DNA of 64,000 nucleotides, taken from Thermoanaerobaculia bacterium (GTDB taxonomy: Bacteria; Acidobacteriota; Thermoanaerobaculia; UBA5066). The DNA lies in contig CAWFJJ010000001.1 in the NCBI GenBank assembly GCA_963816185.1, forward strand, positions 64,001-128,000, in the 5' to 3' direction. Of the stretch, positions 40,947 to 51,600 are shown one piece after another. Position 1 is the stretch's first letter; the number at the start of each line of letters is the position of its first letter. A program made the position numbers and the translations under genes. The notes under the pieces are model-generated. The model was not told the DNA's origin. It did not search any database and was given only the letters and a program-made list of their open reading frames with translations.

Positions 40947-42283
40947 CGTTGACGAAGCCCGAGGCAGCGCGAAAAGCGCTGCATATCGGGATGGCGGGGT
41001 TTGCGCTGCTTCTGCCGGGGATTTCGTGGGCAGCAGCTCTGGCTGCAGCGGGATTCGCCGTTCTCTTCAATGCGTTCCTCCTGCCCCGGGTGATGCCGTA
41101 TTTTCTTAGAAGGGAAGAGGGGGAACGGCGCTTCTCCGTCGGGATCACGCTCTACGCGGCCACGGTGCTCCTCCTGATCGTCCTCTTTCGAAGAAATCTC
41201 CCGGTCGCCGCCGCAGGATGGGGATACCTGGCTTTCGGCGACGGCTTTGCCTCCGTTTTCGGGATGACCCTTGCCGGACCGCGCCTCCCGTGGAACCCGC
41301 GAAAGACGTTTTCCGGCCTCCTCGGATATGTCGTCTTCGGCTTTCTCGGCGCGTCTTTTCTCTATGGATTCCTCTCCTCCCGGGTTCCTTCTTCCTCCGA
41401 GCTGATCTGTCTTTTCGCGGGCGCCCTCGCGGGCGCTGCGATCGAGAGCCTCCCTTCCGAGCTGGACGACAACGTCCTGCCGCCGCTCGTGGGAGCCGCG
41501 GTTCTTTGGTGTCTGCTCGCGACGCGCGCCGGATGGTCGGGCGTTCTCGAGCCGGGTGCGCTTCGCGGCGGGCTCGTCGCGCTCGGAATCAACGTCGCGG
41601 TCTCCTCGGCGACGCTCGCTCTCCGGCTCGTCCGCCCGTCCGGCGCGCTCCTCGGGGCGCTCCTCGGGACGATCGTCCTCGCGTTCGGCGGCGCGTCCCT
41701 CTATCTTTCGCTCTGGGTCTTTTTCGGCGTCGGGACGCTCGCCACGCGTTTCCGCCGGGCACGCAAGGAGGCGATCGGGAAGGCGGAGGAGAAGGGCGGG
41801 CGGCGGGGCGCGGCGAACGTCCTCTCGAACGTGTCCGTCGCCGCGTTCTGCGCGCTCGTGGCGGGTCTGGCGCCGGGCGGCGACTTCTTCCGCCTCGCAT
41901 CCGCGGCCGCTCTCGCGACGGCCCTCATGGATACGGTCGGGACGGAGATCGGCCAGGCCATCGCGTCGCCGACGGCCCTCCTCCCGGACCTCCGGCGAGT
42001 TCCGGCAGGCACGGACGGCGCCGTTTCCGTGGCGGGCACGCTGGCCGGGCTCGCGGCGGCGATGATCCTCGCCGCGGTCGGCCTCGCGACGACCCTTCTC
42101 ACGGCGCGCGGGGCCGTGGCCGTCGTCCTCGCGGCCTGCGTCGGCACCGTCCTGGAAAGCCTCCTCGGCCGAGCGGGGGCGCCCTGGCGGATCTCGAATG
42201 GCCACGTCCTGAACTTCGTGAACACGCTGGCGGGAGCCGCCGCCGCGCCGGCTCTTCTCCGGGCCCTCGGGAGCCTCTCGTGA
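40943..42283 (+). CDS. Fusion of a phytol/dolichol-kinase-like domain and a DUF92 domain
   Basis: RKALHI, GDGFASVFG, NPRKTFSG, DDNVLPP (CTP-dependent prenol kinase); RGAANVLSN, DTVGTEIG, GTDGAVSVAGT, NFVNT (DUF92); ATGA overlap with rmlD. Confidence 0.82.
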   Translation: MTLTKPEAARKALHIGMAGFALLLPGISWAAALAAAGFAVLFNAFLLPRVMPYFLRREEGERRFSVGITLYAATVLLLIVLFRRNLPVAAAGWGYLAFGDGFASVFGMTLAGPRLPWNPRKTFSGLLGYVVFGFLGASFLYGFLSSRVPSSSELICLFAGALAGAAIESLPSELDDNVLPPLVGAAVLWCLLATRAGWSGVLEPGALRGGLVALGINVAVSSATLALRLVRPSGALLGALLGTIVLAFGGASLYLSLWVFFGVGTLATRFRRARKEAIGKAEEKGGRRGAANVLSNVSVAAFCALVAGLAPGGDFFRLASAAALATALMDTVGTEIGQAIASPTALLPDLRRVPAGTDGAVSVAGTLAGLAAAMILAAVGLATTLLTARGAVAVVLAACVGTVLESLLGRAGAPWRISNGHVLNFVNTLAGAAAAPALLRALGSLS

Positions 42284-43263
42284 ACGTACGCCAGGCGATG
42301 CGTCTCACCCGGCCGTTCACTCTTCTGCCACCTCTCCTCGGCATTCTGTCCGGCGCCGTGTGCGCGTTCGGCAGCGTCCACAACCCGGACCCCGCACGGC
42401 GCGTGACGGCCGAACTCGTCGGGATCGTCGCGCTGGGATCGCTCTGCGCGTCCCTTCTCAACGCGGCCTCGAACGTGCTCAACCAGATCACGGATCTCGC
42501 GGTGGACCGCGTGAACAAACCCGACAGGCCGCTCGTCACGGGCGAGGTATCCCTGGCGGCGGCGTGGCGCCTCACGGGGATTCTCTACGTTCTCGCCCTC
42601 GTTCCGACGTGGTGGATCGTCGTGCCGAGGCCTCCCGGGTTCCTCGCGCGAGCCGCGGCTCCGCTCGCCACTCACCAGTGCTTCTTTCTGTTCCTCTCGG
42701 GCCTCGTGGCCACGCTCATTTATTCCAGCCCCGCCTTCGGGAGGACGAAGCGCCTCGGAATGTGGGCGAACGTGACGATCGCGATTCCCCGCGGCTGCCT
42801 TCTCAAAGTCGCGGGCTGGACGCTCGTCGCGTCCGCGTTCTCCGCCGAGCCATGGGCCATCGGGTCGACCTTCGGGCTGTTTCTCCTCGGCGCCACCTCC
42901 ACGAAGGATTTCTCGGACGCCAAGGGGGACCGCGCGGGGGGCTGCATGACGCTGCCCGTGAAGTACGGGAACCGCAAGGCGGTCGCGATCATCTCGCCCT
43001 TCTTCGTCCTGCCCTGGCTGCTCCTGCCGGTGCTCTCCAGAACCCCCGATCCCGCGGCGCCCTCGCACCGGCTCTTGAGCGGCAACCCGGTTCTTCTGAC
43101 GGCGCTCGGCGTCCTCCTCGCAGCCTGGGGCGCCTACACGGTGCAGCTCCTGAGGAGGAATCCGGATGAGCTCGCCACGACCGAGAACCATCCCTCGTGG
43201 ACTCACATGTACCTCATGCTCATGTTCGCGCAAGTCGGTTTCGCGGCCGCTTACCTCTTATGA
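42280..43263 (+). CDS. UbiA-superfamily prenyltransferase
   Basis: TRPFT, NQITDLAVDRVNKPDRP, YS.P, KDFSDAKGD...TLP; GTGA overlap. Confidence 0.88.
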   Translation: MNVRQAMRLTRPFTLLPPLLGILSGAVCAFGSVHNPDPARRVTAELVGIVALGSLCASLLNAASNVLNQITDLAVDRVNKPDRPLVTGEVSLAAAWRLTGILYVLALVPTWWIVVPRPPGFLARAAAPLATHQCFFLFLSGLVATLIYSSPAFGRTKRLGMWANVTIAIPRGCLLKVAGWTLVASAFSAEPWAIGSTFGLFLLGATSTKDFSDAKGDRAGGCMTLPVKYGNRKAVAIISPFFVLPWLLLPVLSRTPDPAAPSHRLLSGNPVLLTALGVLLAAWGAYTVQLLRRNPDELATTENHPSWTHMYLMLMFAQVGFAAAYLL

Positions 43264-43850
43264 ACGCGCCTTTTGTGAACACGGCCCGCGAGCGTAGGAT
43301 CGTAAGTGCCGTGGCCGAGCCCGCGTATTCGATCCCCTCTCCCGACCTGCCGGCCCTGACCGTGCGGTGGGAAGGCCTCGTCGTCGCGATCGACGCGACG
43401 ACCCTGAACGCGATCGCCCGGAAGGCGACCCGGAGAGTGCCCGAAGTGCGCGAGATCCTCATCGAGCCCGAGGACGGGCGGCTCGGTCTGTCGGTGCGGA
43501 TCAAGAAGGGCATTCCGGTGGCGTTTCGCGGGCACCTCGAGTCCCTGCGTTTCAAGGACGGGTTTCTCGGATTCACGATCTCCGACCTCCGGGTCTTCGG
43601 AGTCGTGCCGATTCCGAACTGGGTCATCACACGGATCGTCGAAAGGCAGCCCGAGGGGCGCGCGTTCTTCTATCCCGAGGAGCGCATCGTCGTCGTGAAC
43701 CTCAACGGCGTCATGCCGGCGGAGCTTTCCGTGCAGGTCAAGGACGTCGTGTGCGAGAACGGGGAGATGCGCTTCGTCTTCGGGCCGAGCCAGTACCGGC
43801 TCGACCGCGTCATCGAGGAGCTGGGCAAGGACCCGTTCTCGGACGAGTGA
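43260..43850 (+). CDS. Hypothetical protein
   Basis: ATGA-coupled ORF with normal codon usage; beta-rich. Confidence 0.65.
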   Translation: MNAPFVNTARERRIVSAVAEPAYSIPSPDLPALTVRWEGLVVAIDATTLNAIARKATRRVPEVREILIEPEDGRLGLSVRIKKGIPVAFRGHLESLRFKDGFLGFTISDLRVFGVVPIPNWVITRIVERQPEGRAFFYPEERIVVVNLNGVMPAELSVQVKDVVCENGEMRFVFGPSQYRLDRVIEELGKDPFSDE

Positions 43851-43881
43851 AGCCGGCGGCCCGGGCGGATCTGAGCCCGTC

Positions 43882-44469
43882 TCAGTCGATCCAGATCTTC
43901 ACGTGCGCGTCCGGGGAGCTGATCTCCACGAGGTCGCCGCGCTCGGCGTTTCTGAGCTGCGCGACGAGGGCATCGACGTCGAGATCGCGGTCGGCGTTCG
44001 ACACGGCGTCCACGATGCGCCAGGGCAGCCGGAGGGTCACCGTCTCCTCCGGGTGGTCGGGCTTCCGGACCTCCAGGGTCACCCGATCGCCGTCCTTCTT
44101 GACGTGGATCTCGGCGTCTTCGTGCGTCCGTACGACGTCCGTGCCGTCCGGCTTGTCCTTCAGCTCCTGGACGATCGTTCGGATCTCGGCCGCGTCCACG
44201 GACTGGTCGAAATGGAGATCCATCTCGCGCCGCACCTTCCCGAGAGAGGCGAAGCGCAACGCGCCGGAGACGAAGGCGTAGGGGACCGAAAAGGAGACCC
44301 GATGCCGGTCGTTGCGGAGGTCGTCGACCTGCATCCTCAGGAAGCGGGGTCCCCGAACGCTCCGGCTGCTATGCCCGGGCACGATGGCCGAGTAACAGAG
44401 AAGGAAGAGCGCGAACAGGAACAGGGCATTGACGACGGATCGAAGCTCTTTTCCGACAGGCTGGCTCAC
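43882..44469 (-). CDS. Hypothetical membrane-anchored or exported protein
   Basis: N-terminal hydrophobic segment; internal repeat-like VSFSVPY / VTLRLPW; GGAGG RBS. Confidence 0.6.
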   Translation of the reverse strand: MSQPVGKELRSVVNALFLFALFLLCYSAIVPGHSSRSVRGPRFLRMQVDDLRNDRHRVSFSVPYAFVSGALRFASLGKVRREMDLHFDQSVDAAEIRTIVQELKDKPDGTDVVRTHEDAEIHVKKDGDRVTLEVRKPDHPEETVTLRLPWRIVDAVSNADRDLDVDALVAQLRNAERGDLVEISSPDAHVKIWID

Positions 44470-44582
44470 GATGGCCTCCGGCTCCTGAATGGGAAACGAG
44501 GGCGGATCGGAAAAGGTTCCCGCCGTCCTCCGGCATGGACATTCCCCGCGGCCGATGCTAGCTTTTCCCCGAAGGGCGGACC

Positions 44583-45032
44583 ATGCCTCACTTCATTCAT
44601 GACACGTGTATCGGCTGCGGGGTCTGCGAGATCAAGTGTCCGACGCACACGATCACGGGCGGCAAGAGCGAGAAGTTCGTGATCCACCAGGACCGGTGCA
44701 TCGACTGTTCGGTGTGCGCGGTCTATTGTCCCGTTTCCTGCATCCAGGACCAGCACGGCGAGCTCATCCAGAAGGTCAAGCCGAAGGACATCCCGAAGGC
44801 GATCGTGGACCGCGAGCTCTGCACGGCGTGCGAGTTCTGCATCGACATCTGCCCGTTCGACTGCATTCACCTCGTGGCCGACCCGCTCGCCCCGAACCTC
44901 CACTACAAGGTTGCCGAGGTGGACGCGGCCCCATGTGTCTCGTGCCGCCTCTGCGAGACGGTCTGCGACAAGGACGCCATCTACGTCCCGAACCCGGTGA
45001 CGCAGGCGAAGCAGTACCTTCCGGTCCTTTAG
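44583..45032 (+). CDS. Polyferredoxin with four [4Fe-4S] motifs (149 aa)
   Basis: CIGCGVCEIKCP, CIDCSVCAVYCP, CTACEFCIDICP, CVSCRLCETVC; no signal peptide. Confidence 0.9.
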   Translation: MPHFIHDTCIGCGVCEIKCPTHTITGGKSEKFVIHQDRCIDCSVCAVYCPVSCIQDQHGELIQKVKPKDIPKAIVDRELCTACEFCIDICPFDCIHLVADPLAPNLHYKVAEVDAAPCVSCRLCETVCDKDAIYVPNPVTQAKQYLPVL

Positions 45033-45107
45033 CGGGTTTTGTCGCACGAAGTTGTTTGAAGGCCGTATTTCCTCGAAGGTCAGAGTGCGCGGCGCGCGGC
45101 GCGCGAC

Positions 45108-46037
45108 ATGACGGAAACGCCGCTCCGCCCCGATCCGACCCGAGCACCCCTCTCGAAGAATCCTCCTTCTTCGTCCCCGACCCCCGCGACGCGCCTGCTC
45201 GTCCAGTTCTTCGTCATCCCGCTGTTCGTCGTCGGCGTGGCGGTGTTCGTCTTCTGGCTCTTCGGCGCCATTGCCGTCGACCGCAAGAACGCCGCCGAGC
45301 TGCTGAACGACGTGCGCACGGGGAGCCGGAACCAGCGCTGGCAGTCGGCTTTCGAGCTCACGAAGAAGCTGCCCGCCCTCACGGATCCGAGGGAGCGTGC
45401 GGCATTTTCGGCCGCGGCGCTGCGTGCGTTCGAGGGCGCCCAGAACGACGACCCGCGCGTGAGGCGGTACCTGACGCTCGTCCTCGGGCGCCTTGGAGAC
45501 CCGCGGGCCGTTCCGCTCCTGGAGAAAGCGCTCGACGACAAGGACCCCGAGACGCGCCTTTACGCTCTGTGGGCGCTCGCCCTCGTCGGAGATCCCGCCT
45601 CGGCGCCGCGCGTTCGTCCGCTCCTCGAGTCCGAGGATCCCGGGATCCGCAAGACGGCGGCGTATGCCCTGGGGCGCATGGAGGACGGCGAGGCGGTCCC
45701 GGCGCTGAAGAAGCTCCTCGCGGATTCCGTCACCGACGTCCGATGGAATGCGGCGCTCGCCCTCGCGACGCTCGACGATCCGGCCGGGCGCGACATCCTC
45801 CTCGGCATGTGCGACCGCGAACGCCTGCGATCGACTCCGGGCCTTTCCGCGGACCAGCAGGAGGACGCGCTCCTCAACGGTCTTCGCGGTCTCATCCTTC
45901 TGCACGACCCGGCGGCGAAGGCGCTGGGGAAAAAGATGGCCGACGCGGACCCCTCGCTGCGCGTGCGGCGCGAGGCGAAGAAGATCCTTCTCGGGGAGAA
46001 GCCGCCCGCCTCGCCGCAGCCGAAGGGGGCGCCTTGA
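45108..46037 (+). CDS. Membrane-anchored HEAT-repeat (PBS-lyase-like) protein
   Basis: One TM helix (FFVIPLFVVGVAVFVFWLFG), then DPRVRRY..LGRLGD, DPGIRKTAAYALG, DVRWNAALAL. Confidence 0.85.
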   Translation: MTETPLRPDPTRAPLSKNPPSSSPTPATRLLVQFFVIPLFVVGVAVFVFWLFGAIAVDRKNAAELLNDVRTGSRNQRWQSAFELTKKLPALTDPRERAAFSAAALRAFEGAQNDDPRVRRYLTLVLGRLGDPRAVPLLEKALDDKDPETRLYALWALALVGDPASAPRVRPLLESEDPGIRKTAAYALGRMEDGEAVPALKKLLADSVTDVRWNAALALATLDDPAGRDILLGMCDRERLRSTPGLSADQQEDALLNGLRGLILLHDPAAKALGKKMADADPSLRVRREAKKILLGEKPPASPQPKGAP

Positions 46038-46089
46038 CGGAGCCCGGAATTTTTGAGACTTTGTCTCACGTTTGGTCTCGAGGGGGCGG

Positions 46090-46632
46090 ATGACGGAAAC
46101 GAGTTCGGTTCGCGTCGCGGCCGCGGAAAGCGCGGCCGGTGCCCCCACGCGCCGCAGCTTCGTCAGCTGGCTCGCCGTCGGCTGGCTCGCCTTCGCCGCC
46201 GGCGTCGGCGCATTCGTCACGACGATGGCGCGCTTCCTTTTCCCGAATGTGCTGTTCGAGCCGCCGTCCTCCTTCAAAGCCGGCTTCCCGTCCGACTACC
46301 AGGTCGGCGAGGTCGACGAGCGCTGGAAGGAGAAGTACCAGATCTGGGTCGTGCGCAACCCGGAGATGATCTACGCGCTCATCACGATCTGTACGCACCT
46401 GGGCTGCATTCCGAACTGGCTCCCGGCGCAGAACAAGTTCAAATGCCCGTGTCACGGCTCGGGCTATTACCGCTCCGGCATCAACTTCGAAGGGCCGACG
46501 CCTCGGCCTCTCGAGCGCGCGGCCATCTCCATCTCGCCCGAAGACGGGCAGATCTTCATCGACAAGTCGCGGAAGTTCCTCTACGAGAAGGGACAGTGGA
46601 CCGACCCCGCGGCCTTCATCAAGACGGCCTAG
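46090..46632 (+). CDS. Rieske [2Fe-2S] subunit of a Rieske/cytochrome b complex
   Basis: Tat-like TRRSFV, CTHLGC, CPCHGS, GPTPRPL. Confidence 0.93.
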   Translation: MTETSSVRVAAAESAAGAPTRRSFVSWLAVGWLAFAAGVGAFVTTMARFLFPNVLFEPPSSFKAGFPSDYQVGEVDERWKEKYQIWVVRNPEMIYALITICTHLGCIPNWLPAQNKFKCPCHGSGYYRSGINFEGPTPRPLERAAISISPEDGQIFIDKSRKFLYEKGQWTDPAAFIKTA

Positions 46633-46639
46633 GAGAAGC

Positions 46640-47434
46640 ATGAGCCTCGAGAGATCGTGGAAGAAGCTCCAGCAGCAGGTCGTCGAGACCCAGATCTGGA
46701 AGTCCATCTTCCGCGTCGGGATCCCGAACACGAACCGCAAGCGCGTGCTCGCGATGCTCGGCAACGTCGTGCTCCACCTGCACCCGGTGAAGACGCGCAA
46801 GTCGGGCGTCAAGATGCGCTACACGTGGTGTGCGGGCGGGCTGACGTTCTTCCTGTTCCTGACGCTCACGTTCACCGGGCTTCTCCTCATGTTCTATTAC
46901 CGGCCGACGATCGAGTACGCCTACGGCGACATGCTCGACCTGCGCGAGCAGGTGCCCTTCGGAATCATGCGCGAGATGCACCGCTGGGGCGCGCACGCGA
47001 TGGTGATCGCCGTGTGGATCCACATGTTCCGCGTGTTCATGACCGGCTCGTACAAGCCGCCGCGGGAGTTCAACTGGAACGTGGGCGTCGTCCTGCTCGT
47101 CCTGACGCTGCTGCTGTCCTTCACGGGCTATCTCCTTCCGTGGGACCAGCTCGCGATCTGGGCCATCACGGTCGGCTCGAACATGGCGCGCGCGACGCCG
47201 CTCGCGGGCAACGAGGGACCGTTCGCCGCGCAGCTCGCGGTGAACGGCGTGAACCTCGTGACGGCCGGGAGCGACGCGCGCTTCGGCCTCCTCGGCGGGC
47301 GCATCGTCGGCGCGAACGCGCTCCTCAGGTTCTACGTCCTCCATTGCGTGTTCATCCCGCTCGTCGCCGCCTTCCTCATGGCGGTCCATTTCTGGCGAGT
47401 CAGGAAGGATGGGGGAATCAGCGGGCCCCTATGA
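46640..47434 (+). CDS. Cytochrome b6-type (split) cytochrome b
   Basis: Four heme His (MHRW, IHMF, LHC, VHF); WCAGG heme-ci Cys; GYLLPWDQ; C-terminal GISGPL. Confidence 0.93.
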   Translation: MSLERSWKKLQQQVVETQIWKSIFRVGIPNTNRKRVLAMLGNVVLHLHPVKTRKSGVKMRYTWCAGGLTFFLFLTLTFTGLLLMFYYRPTIEYAYGDMLDLREQVPFGIMREMHRWGAHAMVIAVWIHMFRVFMTGSYKPPREFNWNVGVVLLVLTLLLSFTGYLLPWDQLAIWAITVGSNMARATPLAGNEGPFAAQLAVNGVNLVTAGSDARFGLLGGRIVGANALLRFYVLHCVFIPLVAAFLMAVHFWRVRKDGGISGPL

Positions 47435-47529
47435 ATAGGTTGTCCGTTGTGTGTTTTCCGAGCCTTCTCTTTCTGAGAAAGAGAGGGTTCGAAGAACCCT
47501 CGATCGCTGGAATCGGGCCGAGGCGCGCA

Positions 47530-47581
47530 GCGCGTCAAGGCTCGCGACGCGACGGCCAAAGGCCGCCTGGCCTTGACGTGC
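47530..47581. repeat. GTCAAGG...CCTTGAC stem-loop element, copy 1
   Basis: Arms GCGCGTCAAGGC / GCCTTGACGTGC with an inner GGCC-AAA-GGCC hairpin. Confidence 0.65.
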
Positions 47582-47600
47582 GAGCACCGGAGGCCGCCCC

Positions 47601-48677
47601 ATGAGCGGCCTCAAATCCTTCATCAACTGGCTCGCGTCGCCCGCCATCGCGGTGACGCTGTCGATGCTCTCTCTCGTCGGGGCGATGTTCTGCAAGCCGC
47701 TCTGGACGAAGAAGGGCGGGCTCGTGCTCTTCACGACGCTCGTGGGCGGGTTCGCGTTCAGCTTCACGGATCCGAACTTTCGCATCGTCGCGACCACGCC
47801 CGATAACGTCCCGATTCTCGGGATGCTGTTCCTCGTGGGGTTCTTCTTCTGGTACGCGATGTACCAGGCGCACCTGAACGACGCGCGCCTCTCGGCGGGC
47901 CAGCCGCCCCTCGAGAAGGACGACAGCGACAAGAAGGTCTTCTCGTGGCCCGACCTCGTCTACGTCGAGCTCGTCGCGCTGATCATCTGCTCGATCGTTC
48001 TGATCGTCTGGTCGATCGTGCTCAAGGCGCCGCTCGAGGAGCCCGCGAACCCCGGTGCGGCCCCGAACCCGGCGAAAGCGCCGTGGTACTTCCTCGGGCT
48101 GCAGGAGCTTCTCGTCTACTTCGACCCGTGGATGGCCGGCGTCGTCCTGCCGACGCTGATCATCGTGGGCCTCATGGCGATCCCGTACATCGACACGAAC
48201 CCGCGCGGGAACGGCTATTTCTCCTTCCGCGAGAGGAAGTGGGAGATCGTCATGTTCTGCTTCGGGTTCATCATCCTGTGGGTCGTCCTCATCATCATGG
48301 GGACGTTCCTGCGCGGGCCGAACTGGAACTTCTTCGGCCCGTACGAGTACTGGGATCCGAACAAGCTCGTCCCGCTGAACAACGTGAGCGTCTCGGAGAT
48401 CTTCTGGGTCAAGTGGCTGAAGACGGCGCTCCCGGCGTTCTGGCTGAAGCGCGAGCTGCCGGGAATCCTCCTCGTGCTCTTCTACCTCGGCGCGCTGCCG
48501 GGCCTTCTCTCCAAGACTCTCTTCAGGCGTTTCTACGAGAAGATGGGAATGGTGCGATTCTTCGTCGGCGTGAACCTGTTCCTCATCATGCTCGCCGTGC
48601 CCATCAAGATGTACCTCAGGTGGATCTTCAACCTCAAGTACATCGTCAACATCCAGGAGTTCAGCTTCAATATCTGA
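47601..48677 (+). CDS. Subunit IV (PetD/QcrC-like) with extra TM helices
   Basis: WPDL, PLEEPANP, NPAKAPWYFLGLQELL, PYID, GTFLRGPNW. Confidence 0.85.
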   Translation: MSGLKSFINWLASPAIAVTLSMLSLVGAMFCKPLWTKKGGLVLFTTLVGGFAFSFTDPNFRIVATTPDNVPILGMLFLVGFFFWYAMYQAHLNDARLSAGQPPLEKDDSDKKVFSWPDLVYVELVALIICSIVLIVWSIVLKAPLEEPANPGAAPNPAKAPWYFLGLQELLVYFDPWMAGVVLPTLIIVGLMAIPYIDTNPRGNGYFSFRERKWEIVMFCFGFIILWVVLIIMGTFLRGPNWNFFGPYEYWDPNKLVPLNNVSVSEIFWVKWLKTALPAFWLKRELPGILLVLFYLGALPGLLSKTLFRRFYEKMGMVRFFVGVNLFLIMLAVPIKMYLRWIFNLKYIVNIQEFSFNI

Positions 48678-48678
48678 C

Positions 48679-51600
48679 ATGGCCAAGGCACCGCCGCCCG
48701 AACCGATCGATCACCACTACGACATCAAGCGGCTGACGAAGGTCTTCGCGATCACGTCGATCCTCGTGCTGCCGGTGTTCGGGTGGATGACATGGCAGGA
48801 CTACGGGCGCGACTGGAAGTCCTGGCAGAAGAAGTTCATCGAGAACGACCGCAAGAGAACGCGCGCGGCCCTGCGGGCGGCCTCCGAGAAGATCGATCCC
48901 GACATCGAGGAGAAGTACCTCGAGCAGAAACGCGAGGGTGCGCGCGAGCTGCGCCGCCATCGCACGGCGGTCTCGGAGGCGGAGGAGCGGACGAAGAAGG
49001 CCGAAGGAGCCTGGTACCTCGCCGACCAGGACTTCCGCTTCAAGAAGGCCGAAATGGACACGGCGCGCTACAACTTCGAGACCCGCCAGGAGGAAAGCCC
49101 GAAATCGCCGGCCGCCGAATCGGCCCGGAAGAATTACGAGCGTCTGAAAGCGGCGTACGAAGCGAGCACGATCGTCGAGCAGGCGGCGAAGAAGGCGTGG
49201 GACGGCGCGAAGGCGGAGCTGGCCTCTCTCGAGCAGACGAAGAAGGACGCCGAGGACGCGCTCGTCAAGCTGGATGCCGACTACGACCGGTTCCAGAAGA
49301 AACTCGGGACCCTCCGGCAGAACGACGCTTTTTATTTCGTGCGCAACGCACCCATCGCGGACATGCTCGCTCCGTCCCTCAAGATCCAGCAGGTCCAGCT
49401 CGACGACCTCTACAACGACGTGAACTTCCTCAGGAGCCAGCGCGTCGACCGGTGCATGACCTGCCATATCGCGGCCGAGACCCGGGGCTTCGAGGACAAG
49501 GAGAAATACCCTCAGTCGGTCCTGAGGACGCATCCCCGCCTCGACCTCTTCGTCGACTCGAACTCGCCGCATCCCTATGCGACGTTCGGCTGCACGTCGT
49601 GCCACGGCGGGCGCGACCGCGCGACCGACTTCACGCGCGCCGGCCACATGCCGAACGATTACGGGCAGTACGAGCACCTCGCCGGCCAGCTCGAGTCGGG
49701 GCACGACGACAAAGGCCTTCCGACGGACGACGACGCGGTGAAGGAGGAGATGGGGGAGACACAGACGGGCCGCTGGATGAAGGACTACAGCTGGGAGGTC
49801 GACAAGTTCAACGACCTGCCCATGTACCCCATGAAAGCGGTGGAGGCCGGCTGCTTCCGCTGCCACCGGAGCGACGCGGGGCACCCGAAGGCGCCGAAGC
49901 TCGACCAGGGCCGAAAGCTCGTCGAGCAGCTCGGCTGCTGGAGCTGCCACAAGATGAAGGGCCTCGAGAACCTGCCGCGCGTCGGGCCGAATCTCTCTCG
50001 GATCGCGTCCAAGACGACGCCCGAGTGGGCGGAGCGCTGGCTCGTGAACCCGCGCGCTTTCCGGAACAACACCAAGATGCCGCGGTTCTTCTACCTCGAG
50101 AACTTCGACACGGAATCGGGGCATCGCCTCACGGACACGATGATCGCCGGCGTCACGGCGTATCTCTTCGAGAAATCGGAGAAGACGTCGTGGCCCGCAG
50201 TCGCCGCGGGAGACGCGGCGCGGGGTAAGCAGCTCTTCGAGAACGTCGGCTGCCAGGGCTGCCACATCTCCGAGCCGGGGGCCGAGCGCCATGTGATGGA
50301 CGGCTGGCGCCAGCACGGTCCGAACCTCATCGGCCTCTCGCAGAAGGTGACGCCGGAGTGGCTCGCGGCCTGGCTGAAGAATCCGAAAGGCTACAACCCC
50401 GAGACGCGCATGCCGAATCTGCGTCTTTCGGGCGACGAGATCGCCGATCTCGTGGCGTACCTCATGAGCCGACCCGCGCAGAGTGAGTTCGCGCGCAGCC
50501 GCCCTCCGAAAGCCGACGAAAAGGAGCGTGACGCTCTCGTTTTCGACTACCTCACGCAGACGAGGTCCGTCGTGGAGGCGAAGGCCGACGTCACGAGGAT
50601 GACGCCGAAAGAGAAGGACCTTTTCGTGGGCGAGAAGATCATCGGCAACTACGGCTGCTACTCCTGCCACGTGATCCCCGGCTTCGAGAATGCCAAGCCG
50701 ATCGGCGTCGAGCTGTCCGAGTGGGGCAACAAGCCCGTCCACCTCCTCGACTTCGGGTTCGTCCGCCTCCCGCACACGCGCGCCGACTGGCTCGCGCAGA
50801 AGGTCGCCGATCCGCGGAGCTTCGACCTCGAGAAGGTGAAGACGTTCCAGGAGAAACTGAAGATGCCGCAGTTCTCACTCTCGGGAGCGGAGGTCGAAGC
50901 CGTCCAGACGGCGATCCTCGGGATGCAGAAGGACGACATGGCCGATTCTCTCGTCGTGAAAGCCGTCGGCTCGCATGGGGCGGTCGAGGCCGGGCGCCGC
51001 ATCGTGAAGGACTTCAACTGCCAGGGCTGCCACATCCTCGAGGACAGGGGCGGGGGTATCCGCGAGGCCATGACGGCGAACAAGATCGACCTCGCGCTCG
51101 CGCCGCCCATCATCCGAGGCGAAGGCGCCAAGGTGCAGAGCGACTGGCTCTTCTCGTTCCTCAATTCGCCGCGCTCCGGCCAGATCCGCCCGTGGCTCAA
51201 GGTCCGCATGCCGACGTTCGAATTCAGCCCGGACCAGCTCAACTCTCTCACGGCGTACTTTGCGTCCCTCGACAAGGCGCGCTATCCGTTCGAGAACCGC
51301 GTCGAGGCGCTCGACGCCCGCTCGCGGGCTGCGGGCGCGAAGACGTTCGAGGCGCTCAAGTGCGCCCAGTGCCATCCGACGTCGCAGGACGCCTTCCAGC
51401 TCGCGCTCAAGGCAGGCAAGACGCCGGCGGACCTCGCGCCCATTCTCGCCGCGGCGCACACGCGCCTGCGGTACGACTGGATCGCGGACTGGATCAAGCG
51501 GCCCGAGGAGTGGATGCCGGGCACACGCATGCCGACGAACTTCCCGAAGATGGACGAGGGATCGGGCAAGCCCGCGAAGCGCATCTCGCCGCTCGCGCCG

